Part shown: positions 1 to 8,113 of the stretch, in pieces
How the letters are laid out: every line of letters begins with the position of its first letter
How positions within the stretch are numbered: the first letter of the stretch is position 1
NCBI GenBank assembly: GCA_964536925.1
Contig: CAZHZF010000007.1
Span: forward strand, 5,237-69,236
DNA length: 64,000 bases
Origin: an uncultured Dehalococcoidales bacterium
GTDB taxonomy: Bacteria; Chloroflexota; UBA6077; FW602-bin22
Direction of reading: 5' to 3'
Notes under the pieces: model-generated
What the model saw: only the letters and a program-made list of their open reading frames with translations
Databases searched by the model: none
Told to the model about the DNA's origin: nothing
Made by a program: the position numbers and the translations under genes

Positions 1-498
1 GTTTACCGGACCGGGCGCGAGCGAGGCGCGGTAGGCGAGTTCCCAACGGTCGGCGAGATCCAGGCGGCCCGCGAGCGTGGCGGCGCGCCGTGCCAGGACC
101 GCCGCGATTGTGGCGAGTCGGCCAATGCCGCACCGCGCCGCGCCCGGGATCGTGGGCACGGCCGCGGCACGCCTCGGCTTCCGCGCCCGCCGCAGGCGAT
201 CGAGAAGCGGTGCGCCTGGACCCGGGACGATGATCGCCAGCCGGCCTCGACAGTCGGCGAGCGAAGGAAGCGGCCCGGCGCGGGCGGTGAGGACGAGCGT
301 CCGCTCGTGCATGCCGCCGCTCGGACCACCGATCTCCTCCGCACGTGCCGGTGGGTCGAGCCAGGCGAGGAGCATATCCGCCGAGACCGTGTCATCCGCC
401 AGGGCGAGCCCGTTGCCCCCCGCGGGGGCGAGCCAGGACGCGGCAAGATCGAGCGCGACGTGCTCCGGAAGTGACGGCGCGCGGCGAGGGCGCTCCAA
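1..498 (-). CDS. hypothetical protein, 3' end cut by window edge (frame absent from supplied ORF track)
   Basis: The minus-strand frame in phase with the GT4 stop (TAA 505-507) stays open from 498 to base 1. It translates as ...LAIIVPGPGAPLLDRLRRARKPRRAAAVPTIPGAARCGIGRLATIAAVLARRAATLAGRLDLADRWELAYRASLAPGPV and has high third-position GC. Candidate starts are TTG 498 or ATG 375. No family recognised. Confidence 0.45.
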   Translation of the reverse strand, partial: MERPRRAPSLPEHVALDLAASWLAPAGGNGLALADDTVSADMLLAWLDPPARAEEIGGPSGGMHERTLVLTARAGPLPSLADCRGRLAIIVPGPGAPLLDRLRRARKPRRAAAVPTIPGAARCGIGRLATIAAVLARRAATLAGRLDLADRWELAYRASLAPGPVN

Positions 499-504
499 CG
501 GTCG

Positions 505-1647
505 TTAACCGAGGATCGCGGCGTATACGGTGTCGAGACGCCGCGCGATCGATCGCCAATCGTACTCCCGCTCGACCACCGCCCGGCCCGCCTCCCCCAT
601 GTGCCGCCGCAGCGCGGGGCTATCGACGAGCACACGCAGCGCATCTCGGAGCGCCGCGGCATCGCCCGGGGGAACGAGGAGTCCGGTGACGCCGTCGCGG
701 ACCACGGTCCGCACGCCCGGGATCGCGGTCGCGATCGTCGGCTTGCCGGAGGCCATCGCCTCGATGAGGACAATCCCGAAGGACTCGGCGGCGAACCCCT
801 CCGACGGGAGGACCAGCGTGTCCATCGCGGCGATACACGCCGCCAGTTCGTCGCCCGGCACGCGCCCGGTCCATGTGACGCGATCGCCCAATCCCATCTC
901 GTCGGCAGCGTTCTGGTAATCGGCGCGCAGATCGCCGCCGCCGACGCACAGGAGGTGAACCTTCTCGCGGGCGAGGCCGGCGAATGCGCGGAGAAGCGTG
1001 GGGACTCCCTTGAAGGCATGAGCGCGATCCATTGCTCCGAGGTAGCCGATGACCGTCGCATGCGCGTCGATGCCGTATCGTTTTCGCACGGACTCACCAT
1101 CGTTACGAGGATGAAAGAGCTCTACATCAACACCGTTAGGGATCTCCGTGAGCAGGTGCGCCTCGCCGACGACACTCCTCAACGCGCTGGTCGCGAAGTG
1201 ATCGCGAGACACCGGTAGGACCGCCGCCGCATCTCGGAGGACGAGAGGGCCGACGGCCGCCTGGTACGGTCCGAATTGCCAGCGGAGGTCTGCCCGCAGA
1301 TCGTGATGGTAGGTCACGACGTAGGGGATGTTCGCGCTCACACACCCGAGCCAGACAAGCTCGGCGCCGAAGATGAACGGCCAGTGCAGGTGTATCAGGT
1401 CGAACCCGCGCACCGCCCGAACGAGGTCCGGCAAGAGTGGGGCGTTCCCGAAGCGCAGGAGCGGCCTCAGTCGATGGACCGCGAAGTCGGTGGGGTCGGC
1501 TCCGGAGTCCGGTGCTGCCGCGGTCAGGACGTGGATGTCGTGGCCGAGGCGCGCGAGTTCACGCGCGTTGTAGAAGGCGACGTTACCCGTTCCGCCCCAG
1601 TAGGGGGGAAACGTCGCGACCGCGTGAGCCACGCGGAGCGAGCGCAT
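505..1647 (-). CDS. glycosyltransferase family 4 (GT-B fold)
   Basis: ORF 505-1695. The N-terminus MRSLRVAHAVATFPPYWGGTGNV is typical of GT4, and the C-terminal part contains ESFGIVLIEAMASGKPTIAT (E-x7-E-like donor-binding motif). Start moved to Met17 (1647). Confidence 0.9.
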   Translation of the reverse strand: MRSLRVAHAVATFPPYWGGTGNVAFYNARELARLGHDIHVLTAAAPDSGADPTDFAVHRLRPLLRFGNAPLLPDLVRAVRGFDLIHLHWPFIFGAELVWLGCVSANIPYVVTYHHDLRADLRWQFGPYQAAVGPLVLRDAAAVLPVSRDHFATSALRSVVGEAHLLTEIPNGVDVELFHPRNDGESVRKRYGIDAHATVIGYLGAMDRAHAFKGVPTLLRAFAGLAREKVHLLCVGGGDLRADYQNAADEMGLGDRVTWTGRVPGDELAACIAAMDTLVLPSEGFAAESFGIVLIEAMASGKPTIATAIPGVRTVVRDGVTGLLVPPGDAAALRDALRVLVDSPALRRHMGEAGRAVVEREYDWRSIARRLDTVYAAILG

Positions 1648-1759
1648 CGGCCGCGAGTCTACACAGGCACGCATTTCCTGCCTGGGGAATACCATGTGCC
1701 CCTGCTGTGCGGGGAGGATCGACGTAGATCCGACATCTCAGGCCGAATCCCTCAATGCG

Positions 1760-2350
1760 ATGGCGGTGGGCCTCGCCGTCGGCCTCGTCATCGTCATCCT
1801 GGCGATCTTTGCCGAGACGATCGCCGGAGCCGTGCGGGAGGCGCGATCCGGTCTACCGTCGGGCGCGGCGCTGCCGCATGCTCCGGCGTTCGCCTCTCGC
1901 CTCGCCCGGGCGCTCCGATCGCCCATCGACCTCCTCTCCGCCGTCGGGCGGCAGTTGCGCCGCGCCCTCTCGCGAGGCCCGTCCTCTCCCGCTGAAGATG
2001 TGGAGGAGCTTCCGGAGCAGCCGTTGGATGATGAGCCGCGTTACGAACCGGGCGCTGGTGCGGCTCCGGCGGAGCGCAGCGGCATCGGGTCCCAGCGGCA
2101 GTACGTGCCCGCGTCGGTGCTCCATATCGACGAACAGATGCGCGACTTCTTCCGCGCGCGCGGCGGCAGCGCGCCGCTCGACCTCGCCGTCCGGCATTTC
2201 GATACCACGTTCGGTGCGGGGCACGGCCGGACGCTGATCGAGCGACTGCGCCATCGTGGTCTGGTGCGTCTGGTCCGCGATCCCCACACTCCCACCCGCA
2301 TCCTGGTCACGCTCGTGGGGTCGCCGGCGGATGCTGCGGATCCTCGCTAG
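1760..2350 (+). CDS. hypothetical membrane-anchored protein
   Basis: ORF 1694-2350 has good GC3. The likely start is Met23 (1760), directly before the hydrophobic helix MAVGLAVGLVIVILAIFAETIAGAV. The C-terminal part is Arg/Leu-rich (RTLIERLRHRGLVRLVRD). No family recognised. Confidence 0.6.
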   Translation: MAVGLAVGLVIVILAIFAETIAGAVREARSGLPSGAALPHAPAFASRLARALRSPIDLLSAVGRQLRRALSRGPSSPAEDVEELPEQPLDDEPRYEPGAGAAPAERSGIGSQRQYVPASVLHIDEQMRDFFRARGGSAPLDLAVRHFDTTFGAGHGRTLIERLRHRGLVRLVRDPHTPTRILVTLVGSPADAADPR

Positions 2351-3089
2351 CCTCCGCGGCTTTCGGGTTCCCAATACCCGGAACGCCGCGCTCGTGCTCG
2401 CCCTCGGCGTCGCGGCCCTGGGCTTCGGGCTGGGTATGTTCGTGCTCTTCGTCGCGCCGACGTTGGTCGATAGCGGCCTGCCTGGGTTCGCACCGCGGGC
2501 AGTCCGGCAGATCGATGTCCGCAGCAGATTGCCCGGCCAGCCCCTGCCGACCCCGAATCTCGACCGGCCCGAACTGTGGCTGACGCCGATCGCGCGGCGG
2601 GCCTTCCCCTCGGAGCGGCATGTCGAGCGCCTCGGTCGCGCCACCTCCGCCACGTTTCGCCCGGGTCAGACGCCCATCCTCCCCATGCCGGTGATCCGCG
2701 ACGCGATCGGACGTTCGCTTGTCGCCCCGATCGTGACCTTCACCGGACACTTCAACTTCGCGACACCAGAGCCCTCACTTCCGGTCCCCGGCGAGGTGAC
2801 CCAGGTCTCCGTCGCCGTCCTGCGCGCTGGTGCCGGGCAGGTCGACTCATGCATCCTCGCCGCCGGCGCGCGTGAGCTCCACGTGTTCGCGGCGACTGGC
2901 GCGGCGTCTCAGGCAGGATGCGAGGACGGCATTCTCGACCTCGAGGACGGGACCGCGGTCGGATTCGCCCTCCTGTACGACGAATTGCCCAACTACCAGA
3001 CCCGTAGCGGCATCTGGTACGAAGGGAGCACTCTCGGTCAGGTCGAGGTGCGCGTCGCGCCAATCGATCCCAGCGATCGCGACCCGTAG
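2331..3089 (+). CDS. hypothetical membrane-anchored protein
   Basis: ORF 2256-3089. Internal ATG at 2331 (MLRILASLRGFRV...) is followed by a TM helix (AALVLALGVAALGFGLGMFVLFVAP). It overlaps the upstream stop by 20 nt. No family recognised. Confidence 0.6.
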   Translation: MLRILASLRGFRVPNTRNAALVLALGVAALGFGLGMFVLFVAPTLVDSGLPGFAPRAVRQIDVRSRLPGQPLPTPNLDRPELWLTPIARRAFPSERHVERLGRATSATFRPGQTPILPMPVIRDAIGRSLVAPIVTFTGHFNFATPEPSLPVPGEVTQVSVAVLRAGAGQVDSCILAAGARELHVFAATGAASQAGCEDGILDLEDGTAVGFALLYDELPNYQTRSGIWYEGSTLGQVEVRVAPIDPSDRDP

Positions 3090-3099
3090 AGTCGCCGGC

Positions 3100-3975
3100 T
3101 CACTCCTCCGGGGCTGGCAGCGGAAGCAAGTCGGCGTAGCCGGTGCCGAGCAGCACGGGCGCGAGGTACGGGAACAGGAGGAAGAGGACGACATTGACCC
3201 CGCCGTGGGCGATCGTGACGCCCCAGATGGTCTTCGTCCGCAGGACGAAAAGACTGAACATCAGGCCGACGAGGAAGACGAAGACGACATCGAGGAACGT
3301 CTGGTAACCGATGTGAAGCACCGCGAAGATGAGATTCAGGTAGATCAGCCCCCATCGTCCCATCGCGCGGAGGGATGCGCGCTGCATGATCCCGCGGAAG
3401 ATCAACTCCTCCTCGAGGCCGGTGAAGAGCAGCAGGATCACCGCGGGCAGCCAGATCTCCTCGAGCGTGAAGCGCTGCGCGATGGGAGCGGGGCGGAAGA
3501 TCAGGTATTCGCCGATCCCCAGCACCATCCCCAGCGGTAACATCGCCATCTGAACGGGAATGTCGCGGAAGCGGAACCCCAGGCCGAGTTGCGCCCGCGT
3601 GTACCCCAGCCGATAGGCGGTGTAGAAGGCCGCGGTGAAGATGGGCACGCCGATCAGTGGATACCAGCTCAGGAGCGGAAGCTGTCCGAGCGGAAGCGCG
3701 AGACTCCCGATCCGAATCATGGGCGCCAGGGTGAGCGACCAGCACAGTTCGCGTCGCGCACCGACCTCCGCCTGCGCCCCCAGGATCACGAGCGCCACCA
3801 GGATCAGCGCGTGCAGGATCAGGCCGGGGCGGACGTCGATCGACGCGGTGATGTACTCGGCGAGCGCGAGCGCGCCGAGGATGGCGATCGGGAGCCCCAG
3901 TTCGTCGAGAGCGAGAGGCGGAATGACCGACTCGCGCTCCTCGTCCGCGGAGACTGCTCTCTGCCCTGCCGACAC
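3100..3975 (-). CDS. CPBP family intramembrane glutamic endopeptidase (CAAX protease/Abi-like)
   Basis: Polytopic membrane protein carrying all three CPBP motifs: LEEELIFRG (EExxxR), IFAVLHIGY (FxxxH) and IAHGGVNVVLF (HxxxN). Confidence 0.85.
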   Translation of the reverse strand: MSAGQRAVSADEERESVIPPLALDELGLPIAILGALALAEYITASIDVRPGLILHALILVALVILGAQAEVGARRELCWSLTLAPMIRIGSLALPLGQLPLLSWYPLIGVPIFTAAFYTAYRLGYTRAQLGLGFRFRDIPVQMAMLPLGMVLGIGEYLIFRPAPIAQRFTLEEIWLPAVILLLFTGLEEELIFRGIMQRASLRAMGRWGLIYLNLIFAVLHIGYQTFLDVVFVFLVGLMFSLFVLRTKTIWGVTIAHGGVNVVLFLLFPYLAPVLLGTGYADLLPLPAPEE

Positions 3976-4061
3976 GAACCCTCAGGGTAGCGCGCCGATG
4001 TCGCGGCCCGAGCGGGTTGCCCCAATCCCGCCGCGCACGCTGCCGATCGGGCCTCGCCTCC

Positions 4062-5153
4062 TCACCATTGTGCGCGCCAGCGCGGCACCAGCACCTGCAC
4101 CGTGGTGAGGGCCCAGGTGACGGCGTCGAGCAGCACGTAGCGCGGGGCCACCAGCGCCAGGTCGCGCGGGAGCGACAGCGCCTCCGCGCGGCACACGAAC
4201 GCGACGTGGCGCACGCGCGCCAGCGCACCATGCACCCACATCAGGAACCACAGGGCGAGCATCACCCGATCCACGATCAGTCCGAGGAACGGGAGGAGCA
4301 CGAATAGCGCGCCGATGGCACCCGCCCGGAGCGCGTGCCGGGCGAGGGCCGGCTCGCCGGTGGATCGGCCGTGGATCCAGTGGTTGCGCAGCCAGCGAGC
4401 CTGCTGCCGCATGTACCGGCGGACGCCCTCGATCTCGCGGGACTCCACAAAGCTCCAGCGCGCGAACGCGATCCGTCCGCCGGTCAGCCAGATCTGCCGC
4501 GCCAGGTGGTAGTCCGTGCCGGTGGCGACCTCCGCCCCGAGGTCGCCGGTGCGCCCGAGCGCGGCGCGAGTGACCGCGAAGTTGCGTCCCAGAAGTCCGC
4601 GGCTCTCCTCGCCCTGCAGCGACTCGGCAACGTATTGCGGTGCCCACTGGCAGAGTGCCGCCGCGCTCGAACGCTGGTCGGCCGGCGGCCTGGAACGGCC
4701 GGTCGCCGCGTCGTAACCGCGGAGAATCGGCGCGATCACCCGCTCGATCGCCTCGTCGCTCACCACGCAGTCGGCATCCGTGAAGTAGACGATCTCGCCC
4801 GACGCGTGCCGCAGCGCCCGTCGGAGCGCTCCCTGCTTACCATCACCGGGGACCTGAGGTACCACCATCCCCCGGTCTCCCAGGATCTCCCGGGCGCGCG
4901 CCTCCGTCCCATCGCGACCGCCGGCGCACACGATGTACTCGATATCGGGGTACCGCAGGCGCAGCACGCTCCGCAGATGCGACTCGAACTCGGCCCCGGC
5001 ATTCCATGCCGCAACCAGGATGGTGATGCGCGGTGTGGCCTCCCGGGTCGGGAGATCTTGGCGTGCTCGCGCGATCTCCTCGGCCCGCGCGCGCTCTAGC
5101 CGGAAGCGCCACCCGTGGTAGCTGACCAGGCCGGCGAGCGCGGCCAGGAGCAT
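4062..5153 (-). CDS. processive-type glycosyltransferase family 2 (membrane-embedded synthase-like)
   Basis: ORF 4062-5312. It shows a GT2 core (ITILVAAWNAG...YPDIEYIVCAGG), a DAD motif (YFTDADCVV), a QxxRW motif (RQQARWLRN) and flanking TM helices. Start is uncertain: Met54 at 5153 begins a TM helix; alternatives are 5183 and 5312. Confidence 0.8.
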   Translation of the reverse strand: MLLAALAGLVSYHGWRFRLERARAEEIARARQDLPTREATPRITILVAAWNAGAEFESHLRSVLRLRYPDIEYIVCAGGRDGTEARAREILGDRGMVVPQVPGDGKQGALRRALRHASGEIVYFTDADCVVSDEAIERVIAPILRGYDAATGRSRPPADQRSSAAALCQWAPQYVAESLQGEESRGLLGRNFAVTRAALGRTGDLGAEVATGTDYHLARQIWLTGGRIAFARWSFVESREIEGVRRYMRQQARWLRNHWIHGRSTGEPALARHALRAGAIGALFVLLPFLGLIVDRVMLALWFLMWVHGALARVRHVAFVCRAEALSLPRDLALVAPRYVLLDAVTWALTTVQVLVPRWRAQW

Positions 5154-5181
5154 CGAGGTGGCCAAGGTGCGGCAGCCTATC

Positions 5182-6117
5182 ATGGCCGAAGAGACATGCG
5201 GCGACGACGGGATCCGCGTGGTCGATAGCGGCAAACCGAGCGGCGAACCCGCCGCTCGCTCACGCGGCAGCCCGGACGAGTTCGCCCGTGATTGGATCGA
5301 TGCCCTCGCCACCGGCGACCGACGTCGACTCGCCTACCCCGACTGGCAGGGCGGACAGGTGGGTCTGGCCGAGTGGGTGAAGGCGCAGGATGTCGTCGCC
5401 CTGCTCGACGAACTCGGCCTGGAGCGGCCCACGGTGCTCGAGTACGGATGCGGCTCGGCGGGAATCTCGATCTATCTTCGCGAACGGGGAGTGCGCGCGT
5501 TCGGCCTGGATCTCTCCGCGGACGGGTTGCGGGTCGCGCGCTGGAACGACCGTGCCCACCGTCGCGCCGCGTCGTCCGCCCTCCCGCTGATCCTGGCGGA
5601 TACGCTCGCGTTACCGCTGGCCGACGCGTCGATCGACGCGACGATGAGTTTCGGCCTCTGGGAGCATTTCGACGCGGAGGGCATCGCGCGGCTGCTTGCG
5701 GAGTTGCGCCGTGTCACCCGCCCCGGCGGACTCTGTCTGGCCGATGTCATTCCGCGGCGCTGGAACGCCCGGCACGTCGGCAATCTCATCAACGCGTCGG
5801 GAGCGGCACTCAAGGCGATGTTACGGGGGCGGCCGGCACAGGTCGCGACCGCATATCGCGCCTACTTCGATCACTATTACGAGACGGACTATGCGCCGGA
5901 GTGGTGGGCGGAGGCCCTGACCCGTGCCGGCTTCGCGGATGTTCGGGTTCGGGTCTGTCGTCCCTTCCCGCCCCTCGCGCTCGGTGGTGACGTCGACCGC
6001 CTGTATGCGGCGGCGCAGCGGGCGCTCCTTCCGCTGTGGCGGCGATTCGATCGCTCCGCGTCGCCTCTGGCACGACGATGGGGATGGATGTACTTCGTGA
6101 CGGCCCGCGTGCGGTGA
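5182..6117 (+). CDS. class I SAM-dependent methyltransferase
   Basis: ORF 5158-6117. It has motif I VLEYGCGSAGIS, post-I FGLDLS and RRVTRPGGLCLADV. Start is uncertain (ATG 5182 or ATG 5158; both would crowd the divergent GT2 start). Confidence 0.8.
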   Translation: MAEETCGDDGIRVVDSGKPSGEPAARSRGSPDEFARDWIDALATGDRRRLAYPDWQGGQVGLAEWVKAQDVVALLDELGLERPTVLEYGCGSAGISIYLRERGVRAFGLDLSADGLRVARWNDRAHRRAASSALPLILADTLALPLADASIDATMSFGLWEHFDAEGIARLLAELRRVTRPGGLCLADVIPRRWNARHVGNLINASGAALKAMLRGRPAQVATAYRAYFDHYYETDYAPEWWAEALTRAGFADVRVRVCRPFPPLALGGDVDRLYAAAQRALLPLWRRFDRSASPLARRWGWMYFVTARVR

Positions 6118-7271
6118 TGCCGTCGGTCTGCTTCGTCCGGCGCCGCGTCGGCCCCGACACCGGGACTGGCCGCTACGCCGACGGACTCGCCGCGGCGCTC
6201 CGAGCGGAGGGCGTCGAGATCGATGTCCGGCATCCGCAGCGGCCTACGGCGATCGTCCCGCTTCATCGCGTGCCGCTGCTGCGCCGATTCGATCTCGATA
6301 CGTTCTTCGACAGCTATCCGCTCGGCGTTCCACCGACCTCCGCCTCACTTCTCCACCTCGCCAGTCAGACCCTCGCGAGCGGTCTCTTTCTGGGGCGCCG
6401 CCGCACCCCGACGATCGTCACCGTGCTCGATGTTCTGCCGCTCATGTGGCTTCGCCAGGGCCAGGACCACGCGTTCCGCCACTGGCCCGACCGACTGCTT
6501 TACTTGATGGCGATGCGCGGACTGCGACGGGCCGATCGACTCATCGCCATCTCCGATTTCACGCGCCGCTCCGTCGTCGATCTCCTGGCCATCCCGGCGC
6601 GACGGATCGAGGTGATCTATCCGGGCGTCGACCTCTCGGCTTTCTGCCCCGGTTCACATCGAGGACAACCGCGCGTGCCGCGCGATGCGCCCTACCTGCT
6701 TTACGTGGGCTCGGACGATCCGCGCAAGGATCTCTCCACTGTGGTGCGGGCGATCGGCATCCTCCGCCGAACCGGCACTGCGATGAATCTCGTGCTCGTG
6801 GGACCGCGCCAGTTCGGTCCCCGCGCGGAGGACGTGCGGCGACTCGCCAGAGAAGAAGGGGTCGGCGACGCGCTGTCCGCCCTGGGGTCGGTGCCTGAGG
6901 CGGAACTCGTCGACCTGTACCGTGGCGCGTCGGGATTCGTGATGCCTTCGGCGCATGAGGGGTTCGGTCTGCCGTCGGTGGAGGCGATGGCGTGCGGGTG
7001 TCCCGTCATCTACGCCGATGCCGGCTCGTCACCCGAGGTCGTGGGCGCTGCGGGTGTGGCGTACCGCCCCGGCGACGCCTCGGCCCTGGCCGACCGGGTC
7101 GGTACTTTGCTGACCGATCGTTCGCTCGCGACGCGCTGCCGCGAGGCGGGCCTCACGCGCGCTCGCGCATTCACGTGGCGGAACGCGGCGCGCCAGACGC
7201 GCGCGCTCTACGAGGATGTCCTCGGGGCGGCCGACGCGTCCACATCGACCCAGAGCCGGAGCGTGCGGTAG
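6117..7271 (+). CDS. glycosyltransferase family 4
   Basis: ORF 6036-7271. Met28 at 6117 overlaps the upstream stop (TGATG). The N-terminus is MPSVCFVRRRVGPDTGTGRYA and the C-terminal part contains EGFGLPSVEAMACGCPVIYADAGSSPEVVG. Confidence 0.9.
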   Translation: MPSVCFVRRRVGPDTGTGRYADGLAAALRAEGVEIDVRHPQRPTAIVPLHRVPLLRRFDLDTFFDSYPLGVPPTSASLLHLASQTLASGLFLGRRRTPTIVTVLDVLPLMWLRQGQDHAFRHWPDRLLYLMAMRGLRRADRLIAISDFTRRSVVDLLAIPARRIEVIYPGVDLSAFCPGSHRGQPRVPRDAPYLLYVGSDDPRKDLSTVVRAIGILRRTGTAMNLVLVGPRQFGPRAEDVRRLAREEGVGDALSALGSVPEAELVDLYRGASGFVMPSAHEGFGLPSVEAMACGCPVIYADAGSSPEVVGAAGVAYRPGDASALADRVGTLLTDRSLATRCREAGLTRARAFTWRNAARQTRALYEDVLGAADASTSTQSRSVR

Positions 7272-8113
7272 GCGTTCGTCTCACCCGCGCGCCTGAGTTC
7301 GATGACGATCTCCTGATCGTCGCCGGGTGCGTCGAGCGCGAGGGTCAGGTCTTCGCTGTACGTCTGTCCCGCGCCGAGGGCGATGTCGTCCCGAGACGCG
7401 AGGGTCGTTTCACCGCTATGGGCCAGAATGGAGTAGCGCCCCCCGCCGCCGGCCGACTGTTCGATGCCCACCCGCACGCTGATCGGCGCACCGGGAGCGG
7501 CCGCGCGCGGGTAGTCACTCAACTGCCCGGTCGGCCCCAGGACGTAGAACGAGGTGGGCATGGGAGGCTGGCTGACCACGGAGAGCCAGTAGGCGACCGC
7601 GGCGATCGCGAGGTTCGCGATGATCAGCGCCTGCGTGAACCGTGCGGCGCGCTGGACACGGGCAGGTCGCTCGCTCTCCGTTGGAGCCCCGAGCGCCCCG
7701 GCGCCGCGCGCGCGGCGGGCGGCCGCGAGCAGGCAGAAGCCCAGCGTGACGCCGCAGAGCGAGAAGCGCAGGTTCGCAGACGTGATCTCGCCGGCGAGCG
7801 AGTTCAGGATGAGGCCAAGGATCGCCATCATCGCGAAGGAGAGGGCGATCCCCACGCCGATGCGCGTGACGCGATCGATCTCGGCGTCGTCGGGCAGGAT
7901 GGCCGAGACCAGCGCATAGCCGGGAAGAAAGATCACCGCCAGGATGCCCAGGGGCGCACCGATCGCCGGTGCGACCCCCGAGACGAAGGTTGCGGCGACC
8001 GCGCACACCGCGACCAGCGCGAGATCGCGCGTGCCTCGCTCGGGCGCGGCAACGCCCGATTCCGGCGCGAGCCTGGGCCCGCCGCCGAACTCCGCCGAAC
8101 CCGTTACCGTCAT
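7208..8113 (-). CDS. DUF1616-like membrane protein
   Basis: It has N-terminal TM helices with FLPGYALVSAIL and a C-terminal soluble part (FYVLGPTGQLSDYPRAA...VRVGIEQSAGGGGRYSILA). This resembles the archaeal/bacterial DUF1616 architecture. Its start overlaps the upstream stop by 4 nt (8110-8113). Confidence 0.7.
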   Translation of the reverse strand: MTVTGSAEFGGGPRLAPESGVAAPERGTRDLALVAVCAVAATFVSGVAPAIGAPLGILAVIFLPGYALVSAILPDDAEIDRVTRIGVGIALSFAMMAILGLILNSLAGEITSANLRFSLCGVTLGFCLLAAARRARGAGALGAPTESERPARVQRAARFTQALIIANLAIAAVAYWLSVVSQPPMPTSFYVLGPTGQLSDYPRAAAPGAPISVRVGIEQSAGGGGRYSILAHSGETTLASRDDIALGAGQTYSEDLTLALDAPGDDQEIVIELRRAGETNAYRTLRLWVDVDASAAPRTSS

